The notes beneath the pieces are model-generated. The model was not told the DNA's origin and did no database searches. It worked only from the letters and a program-made list of their open reading frames with translations. The position numbers were made by a program, and so were the translations under genes. From Patescibacteria group bacterium UBA1406 (GTDB lineage: Bacteria > Patescibacteriota > Microgenomatia > UBA1406), in NCBI GenBank assembly GCA_002305675.1, contig DBQA01000006.1:189581-249005 (forward strand): a DNA stretch of 59,425 nt. The letters run 5' to 3'. Each line of letters begins with the position of its first letter. The first letter of the stretch is position 1. Below are positions 1-7,863 of the stretch, one piece after another.

Positions 1-142
1 TGGCGGGCGTTTCCCAACATCCTGTCGAAAAAGAGTTGCCGGTTATCGTAGCGGTGTCGGTAAAATAGGAGTTAGTACTGGAGATCAATCTTAATCCCAT
101 GACGAGAAATAGTAACAGCAGCTTAATTATTCTTTTTTTCAT
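1..142 (-). CDS. TasA/camelysin-like secreted protein, 5' fragment (gene runs off the left edge)
   Basis: Not in the ORF track (too short in-window). Manual minus-strand translation from ATG 142-140 gives MKKRIIKLLLLFLVMGLRLISSTNSYFTDTATITGNSFSTGCWETPA. It has a charged n-region and hydrophobic core. The following SYFTD..ITGN.F..G motif parallels TRAYFSSQDTITGNTLGAG of the 756-1331 protein. The start overlaps the sipW 3' end by 20 nt. Confidence 0.6.
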   Translation of the reverse strand, partial: MKKRIIKLLLLFLVMGLRLISSTNSYFTDTATITGNSFSTGCWETPA

Positions 143-689
143 TTTTTTTCCTAACCTTTTCCTTCACCAGCCTGAAGGCCTCGTTTTTAATGCTGATGAG
201 CTCCGAATAGATGATAAGGGTCGCCGGGATGACTATCAGGAAAATAAGCCCGGGCAGGGTCTTGGCAAAGTTGACGGGGTAGCCTATCAGGGGAATCGAG
301 AAAACGACCTTTCCCAGAACCAGGTCCTTTTTGACTTTCTCCGAATCGGGAACGGCGTTGGCGTCGCCTTTGGTGACATAGTAGGTCTCGCCTTTCACTT
401 TTACCGGCCTCACCACCCGGTGCGTGGTGGTATACTTCGGGCGTTTTACCTTCCGGTCCTTATCCGATTTGAAGGTGATGATGTCTCCGCCGTTGTAGCT
501 CGCGGCGGGCAGGGTGAAAACGATGCTGCCCGTGGGGAGCTTCGGTTCCATGGAGCCCGACTGGACGTTGAAGACCTTGACGCCCCATGATAGGTCGAAA
601 TTGGTCAGGGCCACGAGAGAGGCCACTATCACAAGGAATACCAGGACTACGGAGTAAAAAACGTTTAAGGCTTTTTTCAGTTTGGTCAT
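123..689 (-). CDS. sipW: Signal peptidase I, SipW/ER-type (S26B)
   Basis: 188 aa. N-terminal TM, SGSMEP serine box, GDIITF, TTHRVV histidine box, TKGDAN box and a C-terminal TM followed by a Lys-rich tail. This is the layout of B. subtilis SipW and archaeal-type SPases. Confidence 0.9.
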   Translation of the reverse strand: MTKLKKALNVFYSVVLVFLVIVASLVALTNFDLSWGVKVFNVQSGSMEPKLPTGSIVFTLPAASYNGGDIITFKSDKDRKVKRPKYTTTHRVVRPVKVKGETYYVTKGDANAVPDSEKVKKDLVLGKVVFSIPLIGYPVNFAKTLPGLIFLIVIPATLIIYSELISIKNEAFRLVKEKVRKKNEKKNN

Positions 690-708
690 GCCGGTAAAGA
701 CTTAGGGA

Positions 709-738
709 GTTGCGCAAGGCCTAGAACTCTTGCGCAAC
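709..738 (-). promoter_or_regulatory. Perfect 10-bp GC-rich hairpin between the tasA-like stop (756) and the sipW start (689)
   Basis: GTTGCGCAAG (709-718) pairs with CTTGCGCAAC (729-738) around a 10-nt loop. No U-run follows on the transcribed strand, so this is a candidate partial terminator or mRNA-stabilising/processing stem. Confidence 0.5.
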
Positions 739-755
739 CAGTCTAAATCTTCAAC

Positions 756-1331
756 TTACCAACCCGGATTGTTCACTTGGGTTGCGTACACTACCAGATC
801 GAAGGTTGCGCTTTGACCTTGATACGTATTACTCGCCCCTTCATCCAGCTTAAACTCAAGTTGATAAACATGCGTATTCCAAACGTTCAAACCACCTGTT
901 GGCGCAGTTATCGAATAGGTAGGAGAGTCAATATACAAATCCTTAAGTTTACCCTCCCAGACTATTGGCCATGTTCCCGGTGTACCTGCCCATGTGTGAC
1001 GAACTCGCACCCAGATCTTGTCATAAAAACCACCAACACTCTCTGATGTTTTCTGATCGTAAAATCTATACTTCAGAGGCATGGTACTATCTGGGGTGTT
1101 GGGGTTCTCAACACCAATATTCGTCAGGGAAGACCAAATACCCGGAGCCATATTGGCAATATTTATCGGTACTGTGCTGCCGCTATCTGCCCGTAGAATC
1201 ACTTTAAGTTTTCCTGCACCTAAAGTATTACCTGTTATGGTGTCCTGGCTGCTGAAATAAGCTCTGGTTGCACCTATGGTTGTGACCGTCATGGCTGCAA
1301 TAATAAACAGGCTGACGATTATCCTTCTCAT
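756..1331 (-). CDS. TasA/CalY/camelysin-like (peptidase M73 fold) secreted fibre-type protein
   Basis: 191 aa. Signal peptide, then GATRAYFSSQDTITGNTLGAGKLKV (SipW-cognate-type N-terminus), NMAPG, and C-terminal NTYQGQSATFDLVVYATQ. B. subtilis TasA has NKYQGNS...FSFEATQ at the equivalent position. A GAGGGGGG SD lies 8 nt upstream. Confidence 0.85.
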   Translation of the reverse strand: MRRIIVSLFIIAAMTVTTIGATRAYFSSQDTITGNTLGAGKLKVILRADSGSTVPINIANMAPGIWSSLTNIGVENPNTPDSTMPLKYRFYDQKTSESVGGFYDKIWVRVRHTWAGTPGTWPIVWEGKLKDLYIDSPTYSITAPTGGLNVWNTHVYQLEFKLDEGASNTYQGQSATFDLVVYATQVNNPGW

Positions 1332-1588
1332 ACTTTCATCCCCCCTCTGTGAAAATTGAACTTGTAATTTATTATCCCTATGTCTTTGGTAATAGTTATC
1401 AGGTCTTCTGGGAATAAAAGGGATATCGCCTCGGGGAGAGGAGTGGCTAGCGTTAATTTATTGATTACCCCCCTCATAGTATTTTTATAAGGCCCCTTCA
1501 GGAGTAAATATTACGCGCATTATAGCACCGCCTCGTTTTTTTTCAGTAACCGTTGATAACTTTCTATTAGGTATTTTGTCACACAAAT

Positions 1589-2326
1589 ATGCCCTGGATG
1601 GCAGAAAATCCCTTTGTGACAAGCATCACTTACACCTATTGTCTTTTAAATTACAATATCTTAAAATTATTTACAGACGTGGACCCAACCATCTTGAAGG
1701 CATTTGAATTTATTGAGAAACAAAAGCTCTGCGAGTTCCGGAAGAATGAGTTAGTGATTCGTGCGGACGACGAGTTCCCCAAATATTGCTACTTCATCAA
1801 GAAGGGCTGCGTCAAGCAGTACGCGGTCTCCAACAACGGCGAAGAGAAGACCCTCCTCCTTTTCACCACCAACCAGCACTTCCCTATCATCACCTCCACC
1901 CGCGAGCTCCCCAACCGGTTCAGTTTCGAAGCGCTCTGCCCCACCCAGGCCTGGAGGATAGAAAGGTCGGCCCTTTTGGATCACCTGCAAAAAGACCATC
2001 ACTTGCTGATGCAGATGACCGATCACTTTACGAAAAGGTTTGAAAATACCCTCAGAGTCCTGGAGAACCATATGCTCTCCACCGCCACTACCAAGGTGCT
2101 CATGTCCTTGTACAGCTATGCCTCGGCGATGGGCAAACCCGACAGCAAGACCGTCACCATCGACCTCCATATCTCCCACCGGGAAATTGCCTCCATGGCC
2201 GGGATATCCCGCGAAACCGTCAGCCGGGAGATCTATAAACTGATGAAGGAGGGCATGGTGAGCAAAGTGCGGGGCCGCTATGTGCTGGCGGATTTCGAAC
2301 GCATCAAGAACATCCTTACCTTTTAA
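1589..2326 (+). CDS. Crp/Fnr-family transcriptional regulator (cNMP-binding domain plus C-terminal HTH)
   Basis: 245 aa. Beta-roll region (YFIKKGCVKQY...GEEKTLLLF) and a Crp-type HTH (SHREIASMAGISRETVSREIYKLMKEGMV). The start could be 1589 or 1598. Confidence 0.85.
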   Translation: MPWMAENPFVTSITYTYCLLNYNILKLFTDVDPTILKAFEFIEKQKLCEFRKNELVIRADDEFPKYCYFIKKGCVKQYAVSNNGEEKTLLLFTTNQHFPIITSTRELPNRFSFEALCPTQAWRIERSALLDHLQKDHHLLMQMTDHFTKRFENTLRVLENHMLSTATTKVLMSLYSYASAMGKPDSKTVTIDLHISHREIASMAGISRETVSREIYKLMKEGMVSKVRGRYVLADFERIKNILTF

Positions 2327-2334
2327 TCCCCGTC

Positions 2335-3948
2335 CTATTTACTGGCGATGTCGTCCATTCTTTTGAAGATGATGATGTTCGGCGAGGTGTAGACCTTTCG
2401 GTAACTGCGGTATAGTTTTTCCTTTGCCTCCCGGCTACTATACAGGTTTTCCCAGACTGTGTCATTCTCCTGCACTACTATCCAGTCGGCATGTCTCTCC
2501 GGCTCCGTTAGGGATTCCTCCCAATAGGGCTTGTTGCCGATATAGATGACGTTCTGCATAGGGATGCCGCTCCGGATGATGCTGACCGTCCGGGCATAGT
2601 CATCCAGAAGCACTAGGCCATTCCGGTAGTTTTCCCTGAGCCAGGCCTCCGCCCCTGTCCTCTTGGCCTCGGACAATCCTCTTTTGCCGTCCTCCAGACT
2701 GATGACCGGCGAATACCCCACCAGGTACAGGACCATCTGCACCGCGAACAGGACAGAGGCGACTTTGCGCATATTCGGGCTGCCCCGGTAAAACAGGAAC
2801 CCGACAAAGAAGGCCACTGCCGGCACCACCATCAACCCGTACCGGACATTGAACAGCGTCCATTCAAAATCGGCGGGAGTGATGTGCGGCAAAAAGATGA
2901 CCGACTGGCCCATATACAGGGTAAATACGTTGAACAGGAATGGGATCATAAGGATGAAGGTCCAGGCCAGCCGCTTGTACGGATACCTGACCTTCAGAAA
3001 CCGGTATAACCCGAAGACCGCCACCGCAAAGACCAGGAGGCCGGAGTTACTCATCGAGGTCAGGAAATAATACAGGAAAGACAGCCATGCGTTCCGGTAG
3101 GCCGGCAGTTCACCTCTTTTGAACCACTCCTCCTGCTGGGTGCGGGCAGAGAACTGGCTGTTCGTAAAGTAAAAGGGATCGCCGAGTATGAGCCAGTCCC
3201 AGAACATCCATAACAGGATCCCGAAAAAGGCCACCGTGCTGAAAAGGATAAGCTTGCCCATGAGCTGTTGCCGGATCTCAGAATCCTTGAAGAAATTCCG
3301 GGCGCTCGTCAGGAAAAGAACAGCGGCCTCCCCCCCCACCAGGAACCAGCCGTCATACCGGGAGAGGGTGGAACAGAAACCGAACGCCGCGGCGGCGAGG
3401 AGAAAATTGAAGTTCTTCCGGTCATCCAGGTAGCGGAAGAAGTAATAGGCGGAAAGCGTCATGAACATCAGGAGCGGCATCTCCGACATGGGTGTCGTTT
3501 GCATATAAAGAACGTTCGGATTCAGGGCAAAGACCAGAAATGCCGCAAACGAGGCCGGGTTATTTTTGGTCATGAGGTGCGTTATCCGGTAGATGTAGAG
3601 GCCGGTGACCACATAACTTACCCCGGAGACGATGGATCCGGCCAGGCCCGTGTTCCATAGGAAATTGAAATAGACGAACGGTAGCATCAGGAGATGCGGC
3701 AGGGGCAGCCAGATGCCTCCGAGCTGGGCCATCCCCGGCGTCAGGCTGTGGACGACACGCTTGGCGATATTGAGATGCGACTCCGCATCGCCATAGATAA
3801 TGATGTAATCCTTGAAGAACGCATAGGCAATGGCAGCCGTGCTAAAGAGCAGGGATAGGACGAGGGCCCCCTTCAGCGAGATGATCCGGTCAACCAACCG
3901 CTTCAGCCTTTTCAGATCTTTTTTCTTCAACCTCAGGTCAATGGTCAT
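2335..3948 (-). CDS. GT-C fold membrane glycosyltransferase (PMT_2/ArnT-like), C-terminal soluble domain
   Basis: 537 aa with about 11 predicted TM segments. YGDAESHLNIAKRV lies in the first outside loop, as in the GT39/GT83-like family. Overlaps the upstream gene by 11 nt. Confidence 0.7.
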   Translation of the reverse strand: MTIDLRLKKKDLKRLKRLVDRIISLKGALVLSLLFSTAAIAYAFFKDYIIIYGDAESHLNIAKRVVHSLTPGMAQLGGIWLPLPHLLMLPFVYFNFLWNTGLAGSIVSGVSYVVTGLYIYRITHLMTKNNPASFAAFLVFALNPNVLYMQTTPMSEMPLLMFMTLSAYYFFRYLDDRKNFNFLLAAAAFGFCSTLSRYDGWFLVGGEAAVLFLTSARNFFKDSEIRQQLMGKLILFSTVAFFGILLWMFWDWLILGDPFYFTNSQFSARTQQEEWFKRGELPAYRNAWLSFLYYFLTSMSNSGLLVFAVAVFGLYRFLKVRYPYKRLAWTFILMIPFLFNVFTLYMGQSVIFLPHITPADFEWTLFNVRYGLMVVPAVAFFVGFLFYRGSPNMRKVASVLFAVQMVLYLVGYSPVISLEDGKRGLSEAKRTGAEAWLRENYRNGLVLLDDYARTVSIIRSGIPMQNVIYIGNKPYWEESLTEPERHADWIVVQENDTVWENLYSSREAKEKLYRSYRKVYTSPNIIIFKRMDDIASK

Positions 3949-5470
3949 GCCTTCTCAAGTAAGCGAAAACTGATACCACTATACCCATTAATAGGAAGTA
4001 CAAAAGCAGGTAGTACTGAAGAAGCGTCAGCTTTCCCCGGAGAAAGCTGTTATAGGCAAAGCTCCCGCTTAATCCGCGGAGCAGGTATTCGACGTTGATG
4101 CCGAAACCGTACCTTAGGTCAAGAAAATTGGCCTCCACCCCGGGCGGCAGCAGGTTGCTGGTCAGTACCCCAAGGAGCGAGACGGCGGCGGAATAGGAGA
4201 ATAAAAGCAGGAAGACGGCATTCCCGAGCCAAAGATGGCGCCAGTTCTCAAGCCAGTAGCCCACCATCAGGGACAACACCGCCATGGCCGGGATAAGATA
4301 GCGTGGTCCATATGCCCAGCCACCCCATGGGTCGCCGAAACTCGAATACAGGAAGATGTTCGTCAGGCCGAGAGCGAACAGGGTGTACTTTTCCCGGTTG
4401 GTGTTGTAGCTTGCTGCGCTGATCGCGCCCCAGATACCCAGGAGAAAGATGGGGGAAAAGAACAGAAGCCCTTTGTCGGGAGCCAGAAGAAGTGTATAGA
4501 GGCCCCTCGGAAGCTTCTCTTCCGAAAAGAAGCCTGACGGGCCCTTGCCCGCGAGTTCCTCCCGGATCAGCTCCTCTTTCGTTTTTTTGCCGACTTTGTC
4601 CTTTTCGAGCTCCTTGATCTCTTTATATCCGGCCAGAGACCCGCTGAGGCGCAGGGGACTCCCAAAGTTGGCCCGGTTGTAGTAGGCATGCATCCCGGTG
4701 GCGGCGAGGAATATCGAGAGCGCAACTACAAAGACGGGTTTGACGGTCAGCCGCAATCCCTGACGCGTGTTTAACAGCCCAACCGATGTTAGGAAAAAAT
4801 AGGCCATGACGGGCAGCATCAGGACCGCATTCGGGTAATCGACAAATATCGCCAGGGCGTAGGCCACAAAAACATAGACCGCCGCGAGCGCGCTGTGCTT
4901 CCTGCCTTTTTTATAGTGCCAGGCGGCATAAAAAGAGGATATCATCAGGAAGGCAGTGATATGGTGCTGGAAAAGGGTGACGGCATAGCTCCACGAGGTC
5001 GAGGCAAACGCATAAACAAGGACTGCGAGCACCGACACACCGGCGGATAATTTCAGGATCCGGCGACCGATCAGGAACAGGAACAGGAGGGTGAAGGTGG
5101 CGAATATGGGCACCGTGGCATAGGCGGCCACCTGCCCGAGCTCGAACCTGGCACCGAACAGGAAGAACGGCAGGGAGAGAAGGGATACCCCGGGTGGGAA
5201 AAAGATATAGAACCTGCCTTCATGGTAGCCGACGTCAGGATTGGATACGTCCGCCCAGGGCTGCGTCAGGGAAAAACTTTGCCGGTGGGCCAGATTGTAG
5301 ATCAGGGCATACCTCCCTCTCTCGGACGAAGACTCGAAAGGGCTTGCCGCTTTCTCATACCTGTTTTTGATGGCGGTAGCGTCGGGATTGCCGACCACTC
5401 CCCTGAGGGTCAGGCCATAAAATAGGGCCGCCACCCCGAGCACAAAAGACAGAATCAGTCTGCTGCTCAT
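3938..5470 (-). CDS. GT-C fold membrane glycosyltransferase (PMT/ArnT-like), second paralogue
   Basis: 510 aa, polytopic. Large first loop (ERGRYALIYNL...GYHEGRFYIFFPPG) typical of GT-C enzymes. 4-nt ATGA overlap with the upstream gene. Confidence 0.65.
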   Translation of the reverse strand: MSSRLILSFVLGVAALFYGLTLRGVVGNPDATAIKNRYEKAASPFESSSERGRYALIYNLAHRQSFSLTQPWADVSNPDVGYHEGRFYIFFPPGVSLLSLPFFLFGARFELGQVAAYATVPIFATFTLLFLFLIGRRILKLSAGVSVLAVLVYAFASTSWSYAVTLFQHHITAFLMISSFYAAWHYKKGRKHSALAAVYVFVAYALAIFVDYPNAVLMLPVMAYFFLTSVGLLNTRQGLRLTVKPVFVVALSIFLAATGMHAYYNRANFGSPLRLSGSLAGYKEIKELEKDKVGKKTKEELIREELAGKGPSGFFSEEKLPRGLYTLLLAPDKGLLFFSPIFLLGIWGAISAASYNTNREKYTLFALGLTNIFLYSSFGDPWGGWAYGPRYLIPAMAVLSLMVGYWLENWRHLWLGNAVFLLLFSYSAAVSLLGVLTSNLLPPGVEANFLDLRYGFGINVEYLLRGLSGSFAYNSFLRGKLTLLQYYLLLYFLLMGIVVSVFAYLRRHDH

Positions 5471-7863
5471 TTCCGCAATATGTCCAGGGCTGCCTGGGAA
5501 CTTTTCTGCCAGCTGAATCTTGACGCCCAGTCGTAGGCCTTCGCAGACATGTCCTTCCTGGTCTTCTTGTCATCCACTAAAAGTTTTATCTTGGCTGCAA
5601 AGGCATGAAAGTCCCCGTATGGGACGACAAAACCCGAGCTCGGATTACGGACGGAGTCCGACAGGCCGGGGACATCCGATGCAACAACCGGCGTACCGTA
5701 GGCATTCGCTTCAATAGAGGTCAACCCCCATCCCTCCATGAATGACGGGTTGACAGCCACCCATGCCCGTTGGTACAACTCCTGTTTTTCCGCCTCGGAC
5801 ACATGCCCCCAGAAGCTTACCCGGTCCAGAACACCAAGGCCTTCGGCCAACCGGCGCAGTCTTTCCCGCTCTTCGCCGTCCCCGGCAATGACGAACTCTA
5901 TCCCCGGCACCATCCCACTGAGTTTTTTAGCCGCCCTGATGAAAACATCCAGGCTCTTGTAATATTTTAGCCGGCCGACGTAGACGACCAACGGCTTGGC
6001 GGACTTCCGCCAGGGAGCAAGCTTGCCCGTCTTCACCCCGGGATGGACGACATGGATACCCTTCCTGCCGAGTCCAAGCTCCCGGATGCCCTTCCGGCTG
6101 GATTCAGAAATCGTCAAGAACGGAGTTTCGCTATAAGCCCAAGGAGTCAACCGGGATTCAAGCAACTTGGCCAAAGCAGCGAGCGGCTTGGCCAATGAAC
6201 GGTAGAAGACATCCTGGTGCACGTGGAACATCAGACAATAGGTTTTTTCGCGGACATACAGGGGGGTAAAGAAAGGGATACCGTTCTGGCAATCAACGAC
6301 TACATCGTACTGTCCCCGGAAACGGAACAGGTAATAGACGAAGGCCCAGATATACACCAGGTAAAAGCCGCCTCGCCTGTATATCTCCACCCCATCCATT
6401 GTCTCCTGCCGGGGATGATGTCCGTCGTTGCCGCAAAAAACCGTCACTTTGTTCCCGCCAGCCACCCATCTTTTCGAAAGCTCATGGATGTACACTTCCG
6501 CCCCGCCCGCATACCTGTGCCGGATATCCCGCCAGTTATAGATGAGTATTCTCAGACCGGACTTTTTGCCGGGAACGCTTTTCGGGGCGGGCACAAAAAC
6601 CAGCATCAGGTCCACCACCCCCCTCAGGATAAAGTTCCAGTGCCTTTCCAAAATATGCCAACCCGCCACTATGACCAGGTGGAGGGCAGCGGCGACGGAT
6701 ATCACCCGCACCACCATACCCAGGCTGCCGTGGTTCAGAACGATCCCGGCTGCCATCACCGCCGAGGCGGCCAGAGACAGAAAAGTATAGCGGTATTCGT
6801 TCCGGGCCAGGTGATAATAGACAATGGTACTTGAGAGGGTCAAGAGGCCGATGGCCAGTGAATAGGTCCTCAGGTATGGCAATACGGCCAAAGCCTTCTC
6901 CCCGAAAACCAAAGGCAGAAAAATGTGCCCGGAGAAGTGAAAAAGCAAAACGGCGAAAGCCACCACTGCCAGGACCCCGGCCATGATGCGGCGGAAGGTG
7001 GGAGCCGTATCCCTTTCCGCCCCGAGGTCCCTGCCCACAAATGACAGCATGAAGTTGCTTAATAGGGAGCCGGCAAAGAAGATCATCTTTCCGCTTAAAG
7101 CCAAAAGGGCGTATTGGCCGGCAATCTCTGCCCGAAAGAAATGCTTGACGAGCACCATGTCCAGGGTCAGGAAAACATTGACAGCCAGGCCCGTCATCAA
7201 TGCCCCGGCAAAGAAACCTCGGGGAAAACTGCCCCCCTTATGATCCAAGGGCTCATCACCCATCATCCTGACCAAGACCAGGGAAAGAAGGACCGACACC
7301 AGAGCAGAACCCGGAATCGACAAGTAAACCAGGCCGCTCATTCCGGCATTGACCAGGCCAACGGCCAGGAAAAGCTTGACCAAAGCCTCGGCAATTATCA
7401 CCAGGGCGGTCAGGCCAAACCGGAAACGGCCGTTAAAATAACCGATGTTCAAAGCAATGAGCGGGCCGGCCACCATGGCCGGGGAAAAACTGACCAACAC
7501 CAAAGGGTCGCCGATGTTCAGGAACCGCCCGAGACGAAACGCCAAGAGTATCAACAGGACGGAGGCAGTCAAAGCGTAGGCAAACGTCCGGCCGGCTGTT
7601 CCACGGTAAAAAGAGAACGCCGCCCCCTCCCCTTCATGCGCTGACAGATAGGCCACCCTCTGGTTGACGGTGGCGTTCAGGGCGTTGAAAGCTATGGCGG
7701 CCAGGTACCAGAGGGTATTCATGACCGCCACCACCGACAGGGTCCCGTAATCCAAGGCCCGGCCGATATAGACATTGAAAACAAGGCTCACCAGGTTGCC
7801 CGCCATGAGCGCGGCCATCAGTTTGAGGGTTTCAGCAACATTCTTCCTAGACCACGTTTCCAT
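5467..7863 (-). CDS. Fusion protein: Wzx/MOP-type polysaccharide flippase (N, ~430 aa) plus GT4 glycosyltransferase (C, ~370 aa)
   Basis: 798 aa. The N-terminal half has about 12 TM helices of the polysaccharide-biosynthesis-protein type. The C-terminal half starts LRILIYNWRD..GGAEVY and carries GRLKYYKS...FVIAGDGEE...NPSFMEGWGLTSIEANAYGTPVVASDVPG (GT4 E-x7-E region). Confidence 0.85.
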   Translation of the reverse strand: METWSRKNVAETLKLMAALMAGNLVSLVFNVYIGRALDYGTLSVVAVMNTLWYLAAIAFNALNATVNQRVAYLSAHEGEGAAFSFYRGTAGRTFAYALTASVLLILLAFRLGRFLNIGDPLVLVSFSPAMVAGPLIALNIGYFNGRFRFGLTALVIIAEALVKLFLAVGLVNAGMSGLVYLSIPGSALVSVLLSLVLVRMMGDEPLDHKGGSFPRGFFAGALMTGLAVNVFLTLDMVLVKHFFRAEIAGQYALLALSGKMIFFAGSLLSNFMLSFVGRDLGAERDTAPTFRRIMAGVLAVVAFAVLLFHFSGHIFLPLVFGEKALAVLPYLRTYSLAIGLLTLSSTIVYYHLARNEYRYTFLSLAASAVMAAGIVLNHGSLGMVVRVISVAAALHLVIVAGWHILERHWNFILRGVVDLMLVFVPAPKSVPGKKSGLRILIYNWRDIRHRYAGGAEVYIHELSKRWVAGGNKVTVFCGNDGHHPRQETMDGVEIYRRGGFYLVYIWAFVYYLFRFRGQYDVVVDCQNGIPFFTPLYVREKTYCLMFHVHQDVFYRSLAKPLAALAKLLESRLTPWAYSETPFLTISESSRKGIRELGLGRKGIHVVHPGVKTGKLAPWRKSAKPLVVYVGRLKYYKSLDVFIRAAKKLSGMVPGIEFVIAGDGEERERLRRLAEGLGVLDRVSFWGHVSEAEKQELYQRAWVAVNPSFMEGWGLTSIEANAYGTPVVASDVPGLSDSVRNPSSGFVVPYGDFHAFAAKIKLLVDDKKTRKDMSAKAYDWASRFSWQKSSQAALDILRK

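Noticed and set aside
1332-1588. Crp/Fnr operator in the tasA-like/crp divergent spacer (TGTGA near 1347, TCACA near 1576, TTGAT half-sites)
   Set aside because: Only isolated half-sites are present, more than 200 bp apart. There is no TGTGA-N6-TCACA or TTGAT-N4-ATCAA palindrome, so nothing can be claimed.
2327-2334. Convergent genes with almost no spacer (crp versus GT-C, 8 bp), plus overlapping convergent 3' ends at 22538-22554
   Set aside because: Noted as part of the generally compact genome. There is no sequence feature beyond the overlap itself, so it is not developed into a finding.
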